Virus record (IMG/VR): IMGVR_UViG_2687453284_000002
Coordinates: 1,700 to 65,699 of that record
Length of the DNA: 64,000 bases
Reading direction: 5' to 3' (one strand)
Source: a virus
Lineage: Duplodnaviria > Caudoviricetes
The position numbers and the translations under genes are program-made. A model generated the notes under the pieces. That model ran no database searches. It was not told the DNA's origin and saw nothing but the letters and a program-made list of their open reading frames with translations. Positions within the stretch are counted from its first letter, which is position 1; each line of letters starts with the position of its first letter. This document shows, piece by piece, positions 63,606 through 64,000 of this stretch.

Positions 63606-63750
63606 CGCGCTGGCTGCCCCATGCGTGGTGCCGGACGCGCCAGAGGTGGCTGACTATGACGTTTGGCAGGACTGGATGGTGACGGTGCTGGGTGAGCTGG
63701 GCGACTGCGCGGCACGCCACCGAAAGACGGTGGAGGCTTGGCCCAAGTAG
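63505..63750 (+). CDS. o-spanin lipoprotein (Rz1-like)
   Basis: Overlaps the Rz-like gene in the +1 frame; lipobox MSAC; Pro-rich; C...C.ARH. Confidence 0.82.
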   Translation: MRSLCLWIAALMMSACATSPALSTQPSKPPPLDSALAAPCVVPDAPEVADYDVWQDWMVTVLGELGDCAARHRKTVEAWPK

Positions 63751-63826
63751 CTTCCCCTGCAAAGGGAGGGGTAAAGCAACGTTCAGCAGGGGCCGTTAAA
63801 CAAGACTCCACCTTCCCGGAGTCTTT

Positions 63827-64000
63827 ATGAATATGCGTTACATTCCGACCCAAGATGAGCAGCTGGGTTTTGATGTGGAGGCCTTTATCCGCGCCTGCGT
63901 GCCCGGCGGCCCATCGTGTGATCCGGGTCTTGTGGCCGATGCGATCCGAGAATGGTTCGATAGCTTCGATGATGGTCCCGTCTCTTGGCCGACGGATTAA
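63827..64000 (+). CDS. Small hypothetical protein (57 aa)
   Basis: GGAG SD; MNMRYIPTQDEQLGFDVEAFIRACVPGGPSCDP..VADAIREW. Confidence 0.55.
   Translation: MNMRYIPTQDEQLGFDVEAFIRACVPGGPSCDPGLVADAIREWFDSFDDGPVSWPTD

Larger units (their letters stand above)
1..64000. mobile_element. Lambdoid (siphovirus-like) prophage interior; both ends lie outside the window
   Basis: Canonical order of early-left, immunity, replication, nin, Q, packaging, head, tail and lysis modules; no host housekeeping genes; no integrase seen. Confidence 0.97.

Noticed and set aside
62471-63750. Lysis cassette after the tail genes as an unusual rearrangement
   Set aside because: This order is common in non-enterobacterial temperate siphophages
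1-64000. CRISPR array, rRNA or canonical tRNA genes
   Set aside because: No regularly spaced repeat-spacer array, rRNA-like sequence or complete cloverleaf was seen by eye

Overview
The whole window is the interior of one lambdoid, siphovirus-type temperate prophage. It is GC-rich, and the host is probably a Burkholderiaceae-like betaproteobacterium (inference). The integrase and att sites lie outside the window. From left to right: (1) a leftward early operon (1-13.6 kb) with a J-domain-type protein, ASCH, Dam-like and Dcm-like methyltransferases, a YqaJ exonuclease with a putative annealase, and KTSC; (2) PL/OL, a 6-kb immunity-region cargo block (DUF4214 protein, P63C protein, lipoprotein), then cI/OR/cro/cII; (3) replication (initiator, DnaB) and a nin-like region; (4) a Q-like regulator with late promoter, a Com-like zinc finger plus a third methyltransferase, and a HigBA-type toxin-antitoxin pair; (5) terminase, portal and head genes, with an apparently intact group II intron (38779-40765) inserted between two genes; (6) tail genes with a -1 frameshift chaperone and a 2061-aa tape measure protein, fibres, and a holin/endolysin/spanin cassette. 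The most unusual signals are: a 143-aa minimal protein-kinase-like gene translationally coupled inside the head-tail joining module; DUF4214-like repeats in both an immunity-region moron and the tape measure C-terminus; CRP-type boxes at about -41.5 of three moron promoters, one driving a candidate double-hairpin CU-loop sRNA; a 21-25-bp long-range stem in the PL leader enclosing an antisense 27-aa hydrophobic peptide cassette; a C5 methyltransferase with five tandem TRD-like repeats; and three antisense genes each covered by an in-register sense ORF. All family assignments come from motif recognition by eye, not from database searches.
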